The notes below the pieces were generated by a model, which was given only the letters and a program-made list of their open reading frames with translations, was not told the origin of the DNA and ran no database searches. A stretch of DNA of 64,000 nucleotides from the human T2T-CHM13v2.0 reference genome, Homo sapiens, in assembly GCF_009914755.1 (NCBI RefSeq), contig NC_060929.1. One strand, 5' to 3'. Positions within the stretch are counted from its first letter, which is position 1. Every line of letters starts with the position of its first letter. Shown piece after piece: positions 26,571 through 41,356 of the stretch. The position numbers were made by a program, and so were the translations under genes.

Positions 26571-29500
26571 AGACCTCCCTCAGACCTCAAATCAACCTCA
26601 GAATGTTTTTATAACTTTTTCCTATTTAGTGCTTCAGACCCCAGATACGTAGCCTACTACAATGAGGGGAATATAAGCTATATGGCGACTGCAGTCAGAA
26701 GATCAAAACATTATTTCTAAGTACTCTAAGGCCTTTTTCCACGTTTTTTTAACCAGAGGAGTTTGTTTGCTTCAAGCTACAGTAGATAGGATAGCAATTT
26801 TTCTCTTAATCATGCTGTCAACTATGTTTTTCTTTATATGTTCATTTTAAAGCATTTGTCTCACTGGGTCTCATTTCATTTTTACAATTACAGGACTTTC
26901 ATTATTCTTCTGAAATACTTATCACAAATATTATTTTCTCTATAACCTGTTAATTTTATTATATAGGCAGCCAAGAACAGCAGATCACAGAATATAATAT
27001 AATGGGCATTTTGGCACATCTCAATTACTAATTAAGTCTCCACACATCACAGATGATCAATTAAGCTACAATCTATTCTTGGCTAATAAAAGGAATTAGT
27101 CCTTCTTCAGTCAATTTATTATGTTGATTAGGATCCTAATGTACCAGCTTTTAAAAATATATATATTATTTATAAGAGTAATCGAAAATGCTAAAGATTA
27201 TAGATATAAAAGTCCCTAGAGATGGATAATTTTAATCCTTTTAAAGTTTCATAGACCAAATACAGTCTAATAACATTTCAACACTGAAAAATAAAGGAAA
27301 ATTTTTCAGATGTGTTTATACAATTAAAATGAGTCAGTGCATACTAAATGCATACTAAATACTTCCTTTTTATTCAGCTGATACCATTTTATGCATCTAG
27401 TCTAAAGCACCATGTGAGATAATTGAATCAAAGCATTACACTAAGGACTCAAATAATATGAGTCCATATGCTTGATCATATTATCCAAGAGTTCATTACA
27501 CATTACCTACTGTGCTCTATTGTCATAGAAAATGTATAATTCTACATTGAATATTTATCACTCTGTTTTAAGTATTCTGCATATGTATTTCTATTTAGAC
27601 TGTAAGTTTGAGGCAGGGTTTTATGTCGTCCATGCAAAGCTAGCAATATAGAGAATAATGCAAAGTGTTAAACAAGTATTTTTAAATTGGATTGAATATT
27701 ATAATTATTTGTAAAACATTTCAATACGAAAGAAACTTGCTTTGTTGTTCCTAAAAAAAAAAAAAAGGTGGACCATTTTATGCCTATATCTTATTTGTAT
27801 TTAACATGACAGAACTCACATAAGACATTAACCAAAGAGGCAATCAATATATCACTGTTGAATGAAATATACAACACAAAGGTTTGGTAGTCTTAGATAA
27901 GTTATCAACCATTGCTAGGATTGTTATCAATGCAGAAAGAATCCCAAGAAGCTCTGGTCCTTGCTATTCTTTTGAGACTAAAATTCTCTCCTTCAAGCAA
28001 AACCGTTTGAAATTAGTTTTATTCTCTAGGAATGTGACCTGCACACAAACTGGTAATACACTTCTCCAGCTATACTACGTGCTAACATCTTTATGTGATA
28101 ATTTGCAAAACCAGATATCAACCATATAAATTTGGGGTCAGTGGGTAGATAAAACATATGGCAGGGATAAAGAGGATTGTTGAATGAGGCACATAACTTC
28201 ATGTGGCCATTATCTCTAAGATCCCTGCTAATAGGCTAAAGAATAGCATCCAAGAGTTCTTGCTACTCTCTGAGCAACCTTTTTAACTCAGCAGCAAATG
28301 TGACAGTCCCAAATGTAACTTGATCCACAAGCAAGTTAGCAGTGCTAATACAGATGTGACATTGCACCTGCTGCCTCCTGAAAGTCTCATTTTACTGTAG
28401 CTAGGATTTATTTCATTATGTGGAGAATGGTAGCAAGAATGCTCTGAGGGTTACTTAAAGATGTTCGTATAAAAGCCATCTGGTACCCAGTTTTCTTTGA
28501 TCCAGGACTTGAACTGCTTCTGTAAAACAATGAGTGAAGAGATAGGAAGAGAGAGTTTGGGAGATTATTAGGATTTCCTTCCCAAGATGGTTTGTCATTG
28601 TTCACTTAATTCATTATTATTAGGACATCAAGAAAAAGAGCCACAGCTTGGAGAAAGAATCCATTAAAGATTATTTTTCTTCTAAGTTACTTCTAAGAAA
28701 ACCATTTGTGCATGTACTAATGAATGGTGTGTAAACTAACTTACTATGCACTTTAGTGTGTTCAACTATGAGAATGTGTAGAACATGCATCAGACTGGCA
28801 TAAACTGTTCTGCAAAATATGTTTCTGCTGTTATACCTGAAGGTGCAAAAACATACATGACACTCATTTGTGAAAAGCAATCAAAAGTATAAACATGGAG
28901 ATATAAGACTGGCCATTAACAATCTACTTAAATGCATAAATATAGATCTTTACGCAAGGATAAGCACAGGAATCATAAGACAAATCTTTGTGGCACGTAT
29001 TTGTGAGATAGTCAAGGTTAAGAATAAGAAGCAGAAAAAAACTTATCAGCACTAATTTTTGACTCTAATTATGGTTTAATATTTGCACAATACTAAAAAC
29101 CCACTTTTAGATGGCCCGTCTTATCTCTATGTGTAGTCCCATTTTATAAAAAAAGGATTATCTCCTAAATTATGCATGTGTAGCTGAAATATAAAATTGG
29201 AATAATGTTCCATTAGTTAAATTTCATTTTCCTGAGGGCAGAAAGGGGCCAGATTGTAATTAATTCTTTATTTTTTCAAATGCCTGACTCAATTCTAAAT
29301 TGTACTTACATTGTAGTTTTCAACTTATCAAAAAAGACAATACAAGACTTATTCCTCATTTTCTAATATCCATTTTTTGATTCTTAAAGGGATCAATCCC
29401 AAAATATAGAATATAGAATCCGAAACATGTTATTAGTTGTGTAAATCCTTCAATTATTGAGCTATAATACAGTGAACACCTCAGTGAACCAGTTATTGAA

Positions 29501-29805
29501 GAAATCATTGTGTTTTTTTCTTCACATCTCAACAGAGCATGTTTGGGATTTTCTTTCTATAAATAGGGTCATTGATGCTGAGAATTATTCCTTCAGCAAT
29601 GTCTATGAAGCTCTATCTCAATGGAGCCATGAATTCTGTTGTGTGGAATCTGTAAAATGTAAACAAAATTGAAGTGGTTCTCACAATCCAAGAATTAACA
29701 ATGGGAATCCATGAAAAGAGCACCTAATCCAAACACGGGTGGTCTGAGAAATCTTTTTGGAGGAAACCACATCCTACCTGGCACAAATGAAAGAGCAGAG
29801 CGTCG

Positions 29806-29837
29806 GTGTGCGTGCGTGCGTGTGTGTGTGTGTGTGT
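29806..29837 (+). repeat. (CGTG)n(TG)n alternating purine-pyrimidine microsatellite
   Basis: gtgtgcgtgcgtgcgtgtgtgtgtgtgtgtgt. Confidence 0.9.
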
Positions 29838-32800
29838 TCTGTACATGCATGCAGATGTACGTGTTTGCAAACAAGGACAGGAGTTAAAATGAGTTGTGGC
29901 AACACAAGAGAGAAAGTGCGTTTCATGAATTGACATAATGGGTCATAGGTATGTAATGGGTTATAAGAAAAGGAAAGAATGTGCAAAGCTCAGGGGGGAA
30001 AAGAAATATATACATTAAGGAAATAAAATTATTTTGCATGACACTTCTAAGGTGACTAAGTTCAAAAACAGATTTAGGTCTAGGTCTGATACAATGTGGA
30101 GTTCAAAGCAGCTAATCCTTTAGCCACAATTTTTTCTACTGTAGACAGTGTTGGGTTATGTCTTTGATGGGCCCTAGGCAGTTTGTATATGTGGCTTTTT
30201 TTTTCTTAAAAAAATAAAAGAAGAAAGAAAATACATTTTACAACTGCATTTAAGCAAAGAGCCATATATTAATATTATATGTTAGATAATTTTCTTTCAT
30301 CTAAAAGTTCAGTTTTTTATTTTAAAATAAATTAAATCATTTTCATGGGCCTCCAAAAGTATCATGGGCACTCAGCTGGGTGCCTACTGGGCTTAATGGA
30401 AAAGTCAACCATGTCCTTAGCAGCAAACATATCATCATGGACTTTTGTATCCAGCTTTGGAAATCAAATTTTTCTCCCATGGGTTAATATGACAGATAAG
30501 GAAACAGTTTAAGAGTAATGTTATGTGATTTGCTCAGTCTCAAACAGTTAGTGTCATAACCAGAAATATAACTTGGGTCACCAGATTCCCTTTACACTGT
30601 TCTGAAATCTCCTACATAATTTAGTAATGAATAGATGTTACTATGATTAAAATTTACATGCTAATGTCCTTATCTAGGAGACATCCCAGCTAGCTTCCAG
30701 TTTGCTGAACACAGATAAGACAGACCCACTGGGAGTTGGAAGCGTATGAACTACAGACCATGAATGTACTTAGACACACAAAATAAGGGTCCAAGAAAAG
30801 AATACTAGTTCAAAACATTTAAAAATGTGTGGGATATCTAAATTCCACAGATTGCTTTGATTGCAAACATATCATTGATATGTTGAATTTTAAGTATAAA
30901 TTTGCTATTCAAATGCCCTTGAGAATAAAGATTCAATAGCTATTTTTTTTTCTTTTTTTAAGAATTGTGCCAGTGGAAGGAAAGCTTGAATGGGTTAAAG
31001 TCGTAAATTAGTTGATAAAAAGATATTTTAAAAATTACCTTTAAAAGTGTGGACACATTAAGTGGTTTCTTCTCCAACACTCATTACATTCACACCCTGA
31101 CCCTAACCCTACCATTATCATCCCCTGCTACTACTCTTGCAATTCCAACTAAATCACAGTTTGCAGTTTTTCATGCAGTAGGTTTTATGACCACCCACTT
31201 TAACAAATTTTGGTTTTTGTGTATGTATGTCTGACTTTTTTTGTAGTGCACACTACTGGTGAAATCATTACTTTTAAATATGTTTAACCATTAGAAAGTA
31301 CTAGAGTTCATAAGTCTGATTCAGTGAATAATTTGGTGCACAAATCCAGTATAATACTAAACTAATCACTACAACAAAAATTCACACTTATTAAAGGCAG
31401 TGAAATTTGTAAGCTTTCAGACATTACAAGAGATTATACATTAGTCCTTGCACCAATTATATATTTGATCTATATTCAGTCACAATTACTGTGGGAACCA
31501 GAGAGATTTATCATTTCAGCAAGTATTTAGTGGGCTAAGATCACTGCCAGAAACAAAGCAGTACATCTAAATTCTGGACCATTAAGCCACAATCTGTAAA
31601 CTGCCATTCATTCAGTTTAATTGCAAAATAGTAGGTCAAGCAGAGTGCTGCTCAGCATTTCCTGTCTTCCTTGGATAGCTGGTATACCTTTTGTGTATAC
31701 CCGCTCTGTGTTTAAATGATATTTCCTGAATTTGTGCATGGTGATACTTACTACGTGATGTTACAGCACTTTTTACCTATTTCCCCAATTAGACATTCTG
31801 CAACTTGGGAAAATGTATTATTGCATTGCATTGCATGTGTGTGTATATGTGTATATGTGTATGTTCCCTTAATGACCTTTAATGGACTGAGTTAATCAAA
31901 GAAAAAATTTCTTTTTGAGTTTATTTTAACTTACTCTCCTGTCTCCTACCACAATCTAGGAATGTGCAGTAGTAGATGCTAGAGATAAGAAGATGGGAAA
32001 GAGATTAAGGAAAAAATAGTTTATTTAGAGTGAGTCTTCTCACTTTCTTACTCCCCTAACTCAGCTATGGAATAAAAATATGGAGTCATAAGGGAAGAAT
32101 ATGTCTCAAGGCCTAATTTTCTAGAATACATGCTTCCTGAATACATTCGCTATCCTGATTTCTTTTCTAAAATGTTTATTCACCTTTTTCAAGACAATCT
32201 ATTGATCATTTTAATAACTTATCTTGGGATTACAGTGGCTTTGTCTGATAATGAAACTCTAAAAACTAGAAGATTTCAATTTTTTAAATAAGAGGAATCA
32301 GACAGCCACTAGGGTAGAAGTGAAACAGCTGTGATATATCAAGAGGAACAAAGAACACAACATGATAAGGAAGTACAAGTCTCTGTATAACTACTGGTGT
32401 CAGTTTCTGCCTTCATCAGCTTTAGTTGTAAAGACCATTCAATTCAATCTGCACATTTTCTCTTTGGAGTCTAACACAATCCAAACAGGTACTATATATG
32501 TAGAATATAAAGAATAAAAAACACTTCCCAACACATTTTATGTATGTATCATTACTCTGACACCAAAACGATAAAACATTACAAAGAGGAGAATATCAAC
32601 AACAAAACAAAATTGAAAAACAACCTTTGTGAAGACAGATACACAAATCTTCACCAAAATATTAGCAAGTGGAAGCAATATGTAAAACATATAATACATC
32701 ATGACTTCACCTTAGTATAATGTTGGCTCAACATTCAAATGCCAATCATTGTTGTAACTGTCATATCAACAGATTTTTTAAAACTATGACCATTTCAATA

Positions 32801-33284
32801 GATGAAGAAAAAACATTAGACAAAATCTGACATCCTTCATGATAAAAATTCTCCATAAAGTATGACTGAAACTAACTTCCTCAAGTCTTATATAGCAGAC
32901 CCATAAAATCCTACAACTAGCATACTTGCTGGAAAAAAAAAATGCTAACGTTTCCCCCGTATATTCCGGAACAAAGTGTAGATAAGATACCTACTTTTAC
33001 CACTTGTATTCAACTTTAAACTGGTTGTCCTAGCCAAAGCAGTGAGGCAAAGAAAAAAGAAATGGAAATCATACATATTGAAAAGGAAAAAATAAAACTG
33101 TGTCTATTTGCAAATGGCATGATCCTGAACATGGAACATCCCAGAGAAGTTACATTAAAAGCTACCAATCTAATCAATGAGTCCAGTAAGTTGACAAGAA
33201 TATACGATCAAACAAAACAATTAAAGTTTTACATAAAAACAATTAATACTTCTAGATTGAAATAAAAATAAAAATTAAAAATGT

Positions 33285-33585
33285 CTGGCATGTGGCTCAC
33301 TCCTGTATTCGAAACCCTTTGGGAGGCAGAGGCAGGAGGACTACTTGAGGCCAGGAGTTCAAGACCAGCCTGTGCAACATAGTGAGACCCCATATCTACA
33401 AAAAAATTTAAAAATTAGCCACATGTAGTGGCACAGGCCTGTAGTAGCTACTCTGGAGATTGATGTGGGAGGATTGCTTGAGCCCAGAAGTTCACAACTG
33501 CAGTGAGCTATAATCATGTAATTGCCCTCCAGCCTGGGTGACGAAGCAAAATTCTGTCTCTAAAAATACAATACAATAAAAAAAA
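33285..33585 (+). mobile_element. AluJ
   Basis: ggaggactacttgaggccaggagttcaagacc...gggaggattgcttgagccca...cagtgagctataatc. Confidence 0.88.
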
Positions 33586-33804
33586 TTTACCAATGTGCAA
33601 TAAAATTGGGTAGAAATTAAACAAAATATATGCAAGATCACTACGCTGAAACTTTTGTCTTTTGTAATTGGTAAAGATTTCTTTGAGATGATACCTAAAT
33701 CATGACACATAAAAGAAAAAAACTGACAAATTGCATTTGATGAAAATTAAAAGCAAAAGTCTCTTCAAAGACACAATAAAATGAAAGATAAGTTAGAAAC
33801 TCTT

Positions 33805-34133
33805 GGCTGGGCACGATGGCTCACACCTGTAATCCCAGCACTTTGGGAGGCTGAGGCCGGCAGATCACCTGAAGTCAGGAGTTCAAGACCAGCCTAACCA
33901 ACACGGTGAAACCCCATATCTACTAAAAAATACAAAAATTAGCTGGGCGTGGTGGCAGGTGCCTTAATCCCAGCTACTTGGGAGGCAGGGGCAGAAGAAT
34001 CGTTTGAAGCCGGGAGGCGGAGGTTGCAGTGAGCCGAGGTCAAGCCATTGCAGTCAAACCTGGGGAACAAGAGCAAGATGTCTCTCAAAAACAAAAACAA
34101 AAACAAAAACAAAAACAAACAAACAAACAAAAG
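33805..34133 (+). mobile_element. AluS with (AAAAAC)n tail
   Basis: ggctgggcacgatggctcac... with approximate TSD aagt(t/c)a(g/a)aaactctt. Confidence 0.93.
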
Positions 34134-34450
34134 AAAGTCAAAAACTCTTAGAAAATAATTGAAAATGTGTCTCTGATAAAGTCTTTTTTCATACTGTATA
34201 AAGAATTGCCAAATCTCCATAAATGAAAACAAATAACCCAATTGAAAACAGGCAAAGAACTTGAACAGACATCTTTAGCAAAGAAAATATATAGATGGAA
34301 AATAAGCATATAAAGACTTGCTCAACATCATTCATCCGTATGGAACAAAAATTTGAAAATGAAGACCGCAATGCACACCACTACATTAAATTAAAATAGC
34401 TAAAATAACATTTTAAGAAGACATTACCAAGTGTTGGAAAGGATATAGAG

Positions 34451-34794
34451 CAGGGATATAGTATAGGTCTATGACCTGTTAGGAACCGGGCCACACAGCA
34501 GGAGGTGAGGAGCCTGTGACCAAGCATTAGCACCTGAGTTGCACCTCCTGTCAGATCCAATCAGCAGTAGAGGGAGGGGGGATTAGCTTCTCATAGGAGT
34601 AGGAACTTTATTATGAACTGCACAGGCAAGGGATCCAGTTTGCACACTCCTTATGAGAATCTCATGGCTGATTGCCTGACAATCTGAGGTGGAACAGTCA
34701 TCCTGAAATGATTCCCCCAACACCTCCTCCCATCCATAGAAAAACTGTCTTCCACGAAGTGGGTCGTTGGCACCAAAAAGGTTGGAGACCACTG
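34451..34794 (+). mobile_element. MER1B hAT-Charlie element
   Basis: acctgttaggaaccgggccacacagcaggaggtgag...aaaaaggttggagaccactg with 8-bp TSD atatagag (34443-34450, 34795-34802). Confidence 0.85.
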
Positions 34795-35514
34795 ATATAG
34801 AGTAATTGAAACTTCCATACCTTGCTGGTGGGAATGCAAAATATCATAGACACTTTAGAAAACAAATTTGTGGTTCTTAAGATGTTACATATGTACTAAT
34901 CATTTGATACAATATTCCTACCCTAGGTACTTGTTGAGGAAAAATAAGAAAATTTGTTCACATAAAACTTTTTACAAATGATTATATCTTCTTTATTTAT
35001 AATCATCAATCGGGAACAACCCAAATGTCCTCAAATGGGTGAATGGGTAAACAAACTTTGGTGCATCCATACAATGACATACTACTTATTAATGTAATGG
35101 AATCAACAATTGACACATGGATGAATCAATTGACACACGGATGAATCTCAAATGCTTTATGCTAAATAGAATAAGCCAGCCTCAAAATCATATACAATGT
35201 ATGATTTTATTTATATGACATTCTTGCAAAAGCAAAAGTATAGGGATACAAGAGAGATCGGTGATGGTTAATGTCTAGTCACCACAAAGTGACAAGAGGT
35301 AACTCCCTGGGGAGATGGAAATGTTCTCCATGTTGACTACAGTGGTAGTTATAAAACTGTAGGCATTTATCAAAATTCATAGAACTTTACCCTAGAAAGG
35401 ATGAATTTTACTATCTGTAAATTTTACTTCCCTGCAAATGGCCCAAAGTTGCATGAAATGATGCTCAGCATCACTAATCAGGGAAATACAAATCAAAATC
35501 ACAATGAGCTATCA

Positions 35515-35866
<352 letters not shown>

Positions 35867-37486
35867 TTAAAAGGATGAATGCAATGTATAAAAAAGATTT
35901 TTACCTTCATCGTATTTTTGTTATCAAATATTATTTTAATAATTGAAAACATTTAAACGTTTAAGAGTATGTAATTTTATGAATTACACAGGAAGCAAAA
36001 CTTACTACATATCCATTATATATCTAAATATGCAGCATCCAGAAAAAAGCATTCATTTAAAAATGTTATTTAGATCAATGGTTTCTTTATTCTACTCTGA
36101 GACATTGGCGTTTCAAATAAAAAGATGCCCTAAATTGAATGTTCCATTTTGTTTCCTGTTATTCTTTGATTCTAGCTAGTTATCAGTTGTCAAAACAACA
36201 GACTAAGCCTAACACCTAACACCATGTCAAATATATATTTTTTTAATCTCTATAACCTCATCAGAACTTTATTTCCTCAGCTTGGCCTGGACACCCTCAG
36301 CTTCAGCAAACAGGGAGTCAGTGCAACAGTGCATAAAATATGAGGGCTCTGAAAGCCTGGGCCTGCTTAGGGGAGTGTGTAATTTAATAAAGTGTTCATT
36401 GATGTCAGCACACGGGCTCATCAGACTCATGTTGATGCCGACGCCTGCAGCACAGAGACTCCTAGTCCTAATTAGATGACTGAAGTAAGATTACATTTTC
36501 CCTTGGAGACAGGCACAAGGGTGGGAGAGTTACTCTCAAAGGGATTTAGACTTACAAGTATATGATGGAACAGAACAAAAATAGGGAAAGGCACACTTTA
36601 GGGAAACCAACGAGGGAAATGAACTTAACAGAGTCGCATTATTTATAAGAAGGAAAGTTAAAAAAACCACCGTCAGGTGTCTGTTGTTCCTACTTTATTC
36701 ACACAGAAAGTCTGACATAAATTATAAATAAGGAAAAATATTTTTATGACTTATACACTAAGCTTACAACAATCCCTGGCAAATCCCAGAGAAATTTTAG
36801 CAATATGACTTAGAATTTTAAGTATTATATTATACACTTTATTGTCTAGGGATGTCCGTTAGTTTTTTATGACTTTTAAAATTCTATCTGAAAAGGTCAA
36901 ATTAATGATTTCTCAAAAAATTAAATTATGTATTACTCACAGAGCAAGGACATTTTGTCTCAGATCACACAATGAAAGTTTTGTCATAATGAGGAAAAAG
37001 CAAATATGTACCATTTTTGTGAGTGTTTCATTAATATTTTAAATGTTTTATCTCCTAGCCTAATATAAATAGGAGAGATTATCTGGTGATTAAACATTAT
37101 TAACTAAGTATTGCTATATAGATAATTCTATATTTTAAAGCAGGCCCTCTATTTTTTGTTTAATTTGACAGCATCAACCTAGCCATTTTGACCTTCCTGA
37201 CAATGTTCAAATCCTCATTCTTTGCTACTGAAATATCCTTGGCTAGAAATATTAATCTTCGGAGGAAAAACACTAGTGTATGTAAGATAATATTTCATAT
37301 TTTTAAACAGTAGTATAGCCATGTTCTTATATTAAAAAAAGATTGCCGACAGAATTATCCCATTTTAAACCACTGGTAATGAGACAGAATATGGAGCAGT
37401 AACAGTTTCTGTTGGCAAATCGAGTCATCTTCTATGACTTTTCTTATTCTATTTGTCAACACACGTGTTGTTTCTTAGTGGCTTAA

Positions 37487-37804
<318 letters not shown>

Positions 37805-38973
37805 TACATTCTGAATGTTTTAACAAAAGGTTTCAAAATATAAAGTAGTAGTAAAAATTACATTATCCTAATGTTTCAGTGAAAACACATTTAAAAATTT
37901 TTAATCATCCCATCACTTAATTAATTTGTTTAATGAACAATTGTTTAATACTTCACATGAACCAGATACTTTGCTATATAATGAGGATATAATGGCACAA
38001 GAGCACTGGTTTAAAGAAAGCTTAAATTTCGTCAGGGTGAAATAGATATCTTAGCAATATAAAATGAATAAGCTGCAATTTCAAAGTTATTAAAATGTGT
38101 ACATTGAAAAATTTCCCATAACACATTATGCATAGCTGCACCCCAATTAACTTAACATTATTCTTTGAGCTGGAGGCTTTGGATATAAAGCTCCAAGGGT
38201 GTGGATAGAATTAGAATAAAGGTGTGATTATATAGTTCTGAGTTTCAAATTGTATTTTCTTCAGTGGATTTGCAGAATCAGTGCTTGAAAATCACTAATT
38301 GTTGAATTTTTAAAGCTTTACTCAAAACCTCAGTATGGACAAAACTAAGAATAAAATGTAGGAGAATTCCCATCCCACTGGGAAGGGGGAAACCATTACG
38401 GATTCTGAAGAATGGCTCTCAGGGAAATAAATAGAATGCAGATCATCAAAGAGGGTCAAGCTATTGAGTCCTGGTTGATTTTTTCCCCTTCCATGCCTCT
38501 AGTCAACATCCTTGAGGCTTGGTGGAACGATAGTTGGGGGGAGGTTAGAAGAAGCACAGGCTGCGTGGAAAGTAAGAAATGGTTGATGAAACTGTCTAGG
38601 TAAATGAGTAAGAGGACAACCTCACAGAGCTCCACACAATCCAGTGTGCGCTGAAGATGTGACTCAGAGTAACAGAACACAATTTGGAAGGGAGGGAGGA
38701 AAAGACAAGAAACCTTGGACAACAGACTTCAGCAGGAGATTATGACAGGACACTATGAGAATATGTTAAGACAACCACACTGCATCAGATGCCAGCACAA
38801 CTCTGAAAGTGTCTATCAAAATGAACGCTTCTTAAATGATTACAGTATAAGTGTATTGAAGGACTAGCTACTGTACAACAGAGACCCAGAGGAATTCAGG
38901 AGATTGTGTGTCCACCAGTGCAAGGCTGTGCAAGTTTCCCTACAATGTTTTGATTTCTGCTCTTTCTTCTTAG

Positions 38974-39191
38974 ATCTCTCCTATACCTTTTCCGGCCTGG
39001 CTGGAGTCATCCTCACAACTGCTGATACTCTCCTAATTCCCCACTAGCTGGCTTCGCATCGATGATCAGGCACCCGTCAGAATGACTAATCGTGCTGCTC
39101 ACTGCCTGTCGGATGTTCATCCAAGTCTTCCCCTGCCATTCACAGAATTCACGCTACAGCATCTGGTCACCATTACAACGTGCAAGCCAAG
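38974..39191 (+). ncRNA. Candidate internal exon of a non-coding transcript antisense to CDH10
   Basis: Acceptor tttctgctctttcttcttag|ATC and donor CAAG|gtacgg. Stops occur in all three frames. Non-Alu sequence with unusually many CpGs. I recall an antisense lncRNA annotated within CDH10 but cannot verify that it uses this exon. Confidence 0.5.
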
Positions 39192-40518
39192 GTACGGAGT
39201 AGAAGAGCAGGGAGGGAAACGCGGTAAAAGTCACTCCCTCGCATATGGCAAGGAGGCCCTGGGCCCAGAAACGCTCCATATTATTACGCATACAGGAGAG
39301 GTATTTAGCTAGTTGATCATTGTTTGGAGGGCCTAATTTTATCCTGAGACAGTTCTGCAAAATAAACTTTCTTATGTTGCCAATTATTCCATGACAACTG
39401 CTTAGCAATGTACCTTCACAAATGCTAAATTAATTTTTAAAATATTGTGAAGTAGATTCCTAATGACATAAACGGGAAAATGAGGCAAAGAATCCTAAAC
39501 ATACATGTGTTGGACTGTAGAAAAGAACATTAAATAGCTTCTTAAATATAAACTTAATTTTTAATCTTAGTTACAATATTTTAGAGTACATTTAAAAATT
39601 GTATTGACTAGGATTATCTTTATTTTTGCTTCCATTATGCTAATTGTATTTGATTAAATTTAGAGAGATTTAAATATTAATGTGTTTTTTTCATATTATA
39701 AATATGAATGTTTGGCCTCTATTTCAAAATACACATGAATAAAACATTAGGTTTCCTCTGAATGGCAATGTTAAACTGCTCTACCGAATGGAATTATGAT
39801 CTGTGAATATAGAGATTATATATTGATTTAATTTATTTCTGGTGAAATCTTCATACTAACATCAATAAATATTTCCTGGCAATATTCTCATCCTTGGCAT
39901 TTTATTGTTCTCAGTTCAAATCCTCAAGAAGATTTTAAATGCCTTGTACCTATGTGCACTGAGGGGATAGGGAAGACAGTTTGGAGATGTGAAGAAGTTA
40001 GAAAAATGTAAACAGGTTAGGGCTGGAGAAAGTGGGGAAGCTGCACCTTTAACTGATGTCCTCCTAAGACTGTAACAATTGCTCCTTTGCAGTCACTGAA
40101 GGCTACAAGGTACAATATGTAGTGAGGCTCAGCAATCAGTATTTAGTAAAAGAAAACAGAAAAAGAACAATATCCCTCTTTAGTACCATCATTTGCTGAG
40201 TGGCTATTACACGCCAAACACATTTATGCATAGCTTAAACATTGTTTCTCATCTTATATTATTTGTTGCTCCAGGAAAGGACTATTTATTCCTTACCTTT
40301 TTATACCCAGGATTTAGCACAGATCCCTGTAGAGACAGTTGCTCAGTAAGTTCCTGGAAAATAATATATTGTTATTCTTCCCTCACGGGGTGCCCATGAC
40401 TAGGCCATATTAAGTATCCACCCCTTTAATTGATACACCAAACAATGCTGATGAATTAAGTAATGTGATTAACATAATATAGCTTGTAACTGGTTAAACC
40501 GGGATTTTTTAAAGTCTT

Positions 40519-40660
40519 GGCCTGATGTGGGGGCTCCATGGCTGTAACCCTAACAATTTGGGAGGTGAGAGGATCGCTTGACACCAAGAGTTTGAGACCA
40601 GCCTGGACAACACAGGGAGACTCTATCTCTATTAAAAAATAAAATTAAAATTAAAAAAAG
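40519..40660 (+). mobile_element. FLAM (Alu left monomer)
   Basis: gaggatcgcttga...agtttgagaccagcctggacaaca followed by an A tail, with TSD aaagtctt. Confidence 0.8.
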
Positions 40661-40819
40661 AAAAGTCTTTCTCTGTCTCCCTTATTATGTTGTCTTCAAA
40701 CAATAGACTGTTCATAACTTGTAAAATATCGAAAAATATAGTTATAGTGAGAGAATAAAATAGGATTATTAGAAAAATTGTTAAACAAGTTTTGTCTCCT
40801 ATTTTCAGAGTAGATTTTT

Positions 40820-41356
40820 GTTAACAATGAACTTTTAAGAGGGTCCCCCACCAATGGTCCCTTCCTCCTGGTATGCAAACCCTATGTGATCCCATCTTCT
40901 TGCATGCGCACCGATCTAGTAACTTGCTGCTAACCGACATAATTCAGCAAAGGTGAAGAGATACATTCCCATGATTCAGTTACAAAAGATGGCAACTTAC
41001 ATCTTGCTAGGAGACTCTCTATTGCCTTCTCAGCTTGCATGCTTTGATGCACAAGCCACCATGTTGAAGAGGATCATGGAGTCAAGAACTGACTGTGGCT
41101 GAAGGCCAATAGCCATCAAGAAACTGAGGACCTCAGTCCAACGACCCATAGAAACAGGAACCTGCCAACAACCACCCATTGAGCAACACCTCAGATGAAA
41201 CCTTAATTGCAACCGGCAAGAAATCTTAAAGCAGTGGATCCAAGCAAAGCCTGCCTGCATTCCTGACCTACAGAACTTGTGAGATAATGGATGTAGGTTG
41301 TTTTAAAGAGCTAAATTTTGTGATAGTACGTTACACATTAATAGGAACCTAACACA
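40820..41356 (+). mobile_element. MLT1 (E/F-like) MaLR solo LTR
   Basis: ttcctcctggtat...aaggtga...agccatcaagaaactgaggacctcagtcc...cctgccaacaacc...tcctgacctacagaac..tgagataat...ctaacaca. Confidence 0.8.

Noticed and set aside
30146-30412. Possible hAT-Tip100-type DNA transposon remnant
   Set aside because: The termini are suggestive, but I could not assign a family confidently without Dfam.
33062-33265. Reverse-transcriptase-like ORF
   Set aside because: Decayed L1 ORF2; the catalytic FADD is mutated to FANG and the frame is fragmented. The same applies to the L2 RT remnant at 8688-8906.
36404-36420. RE1/NRSE-like TCAGCACACGGGCTC (also TTCAGCACAG at ~20611)
   Set aside because: Wrong spacing and no GGACAG right half-site.
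39082-39408. Overlapping 76-aa (+) and 84-aa (-) ORFs in the CpG-rich island
   Set aside because: No recognisable protein homology; treated as non-coding pending PhyloCSF or Ribo-seq.
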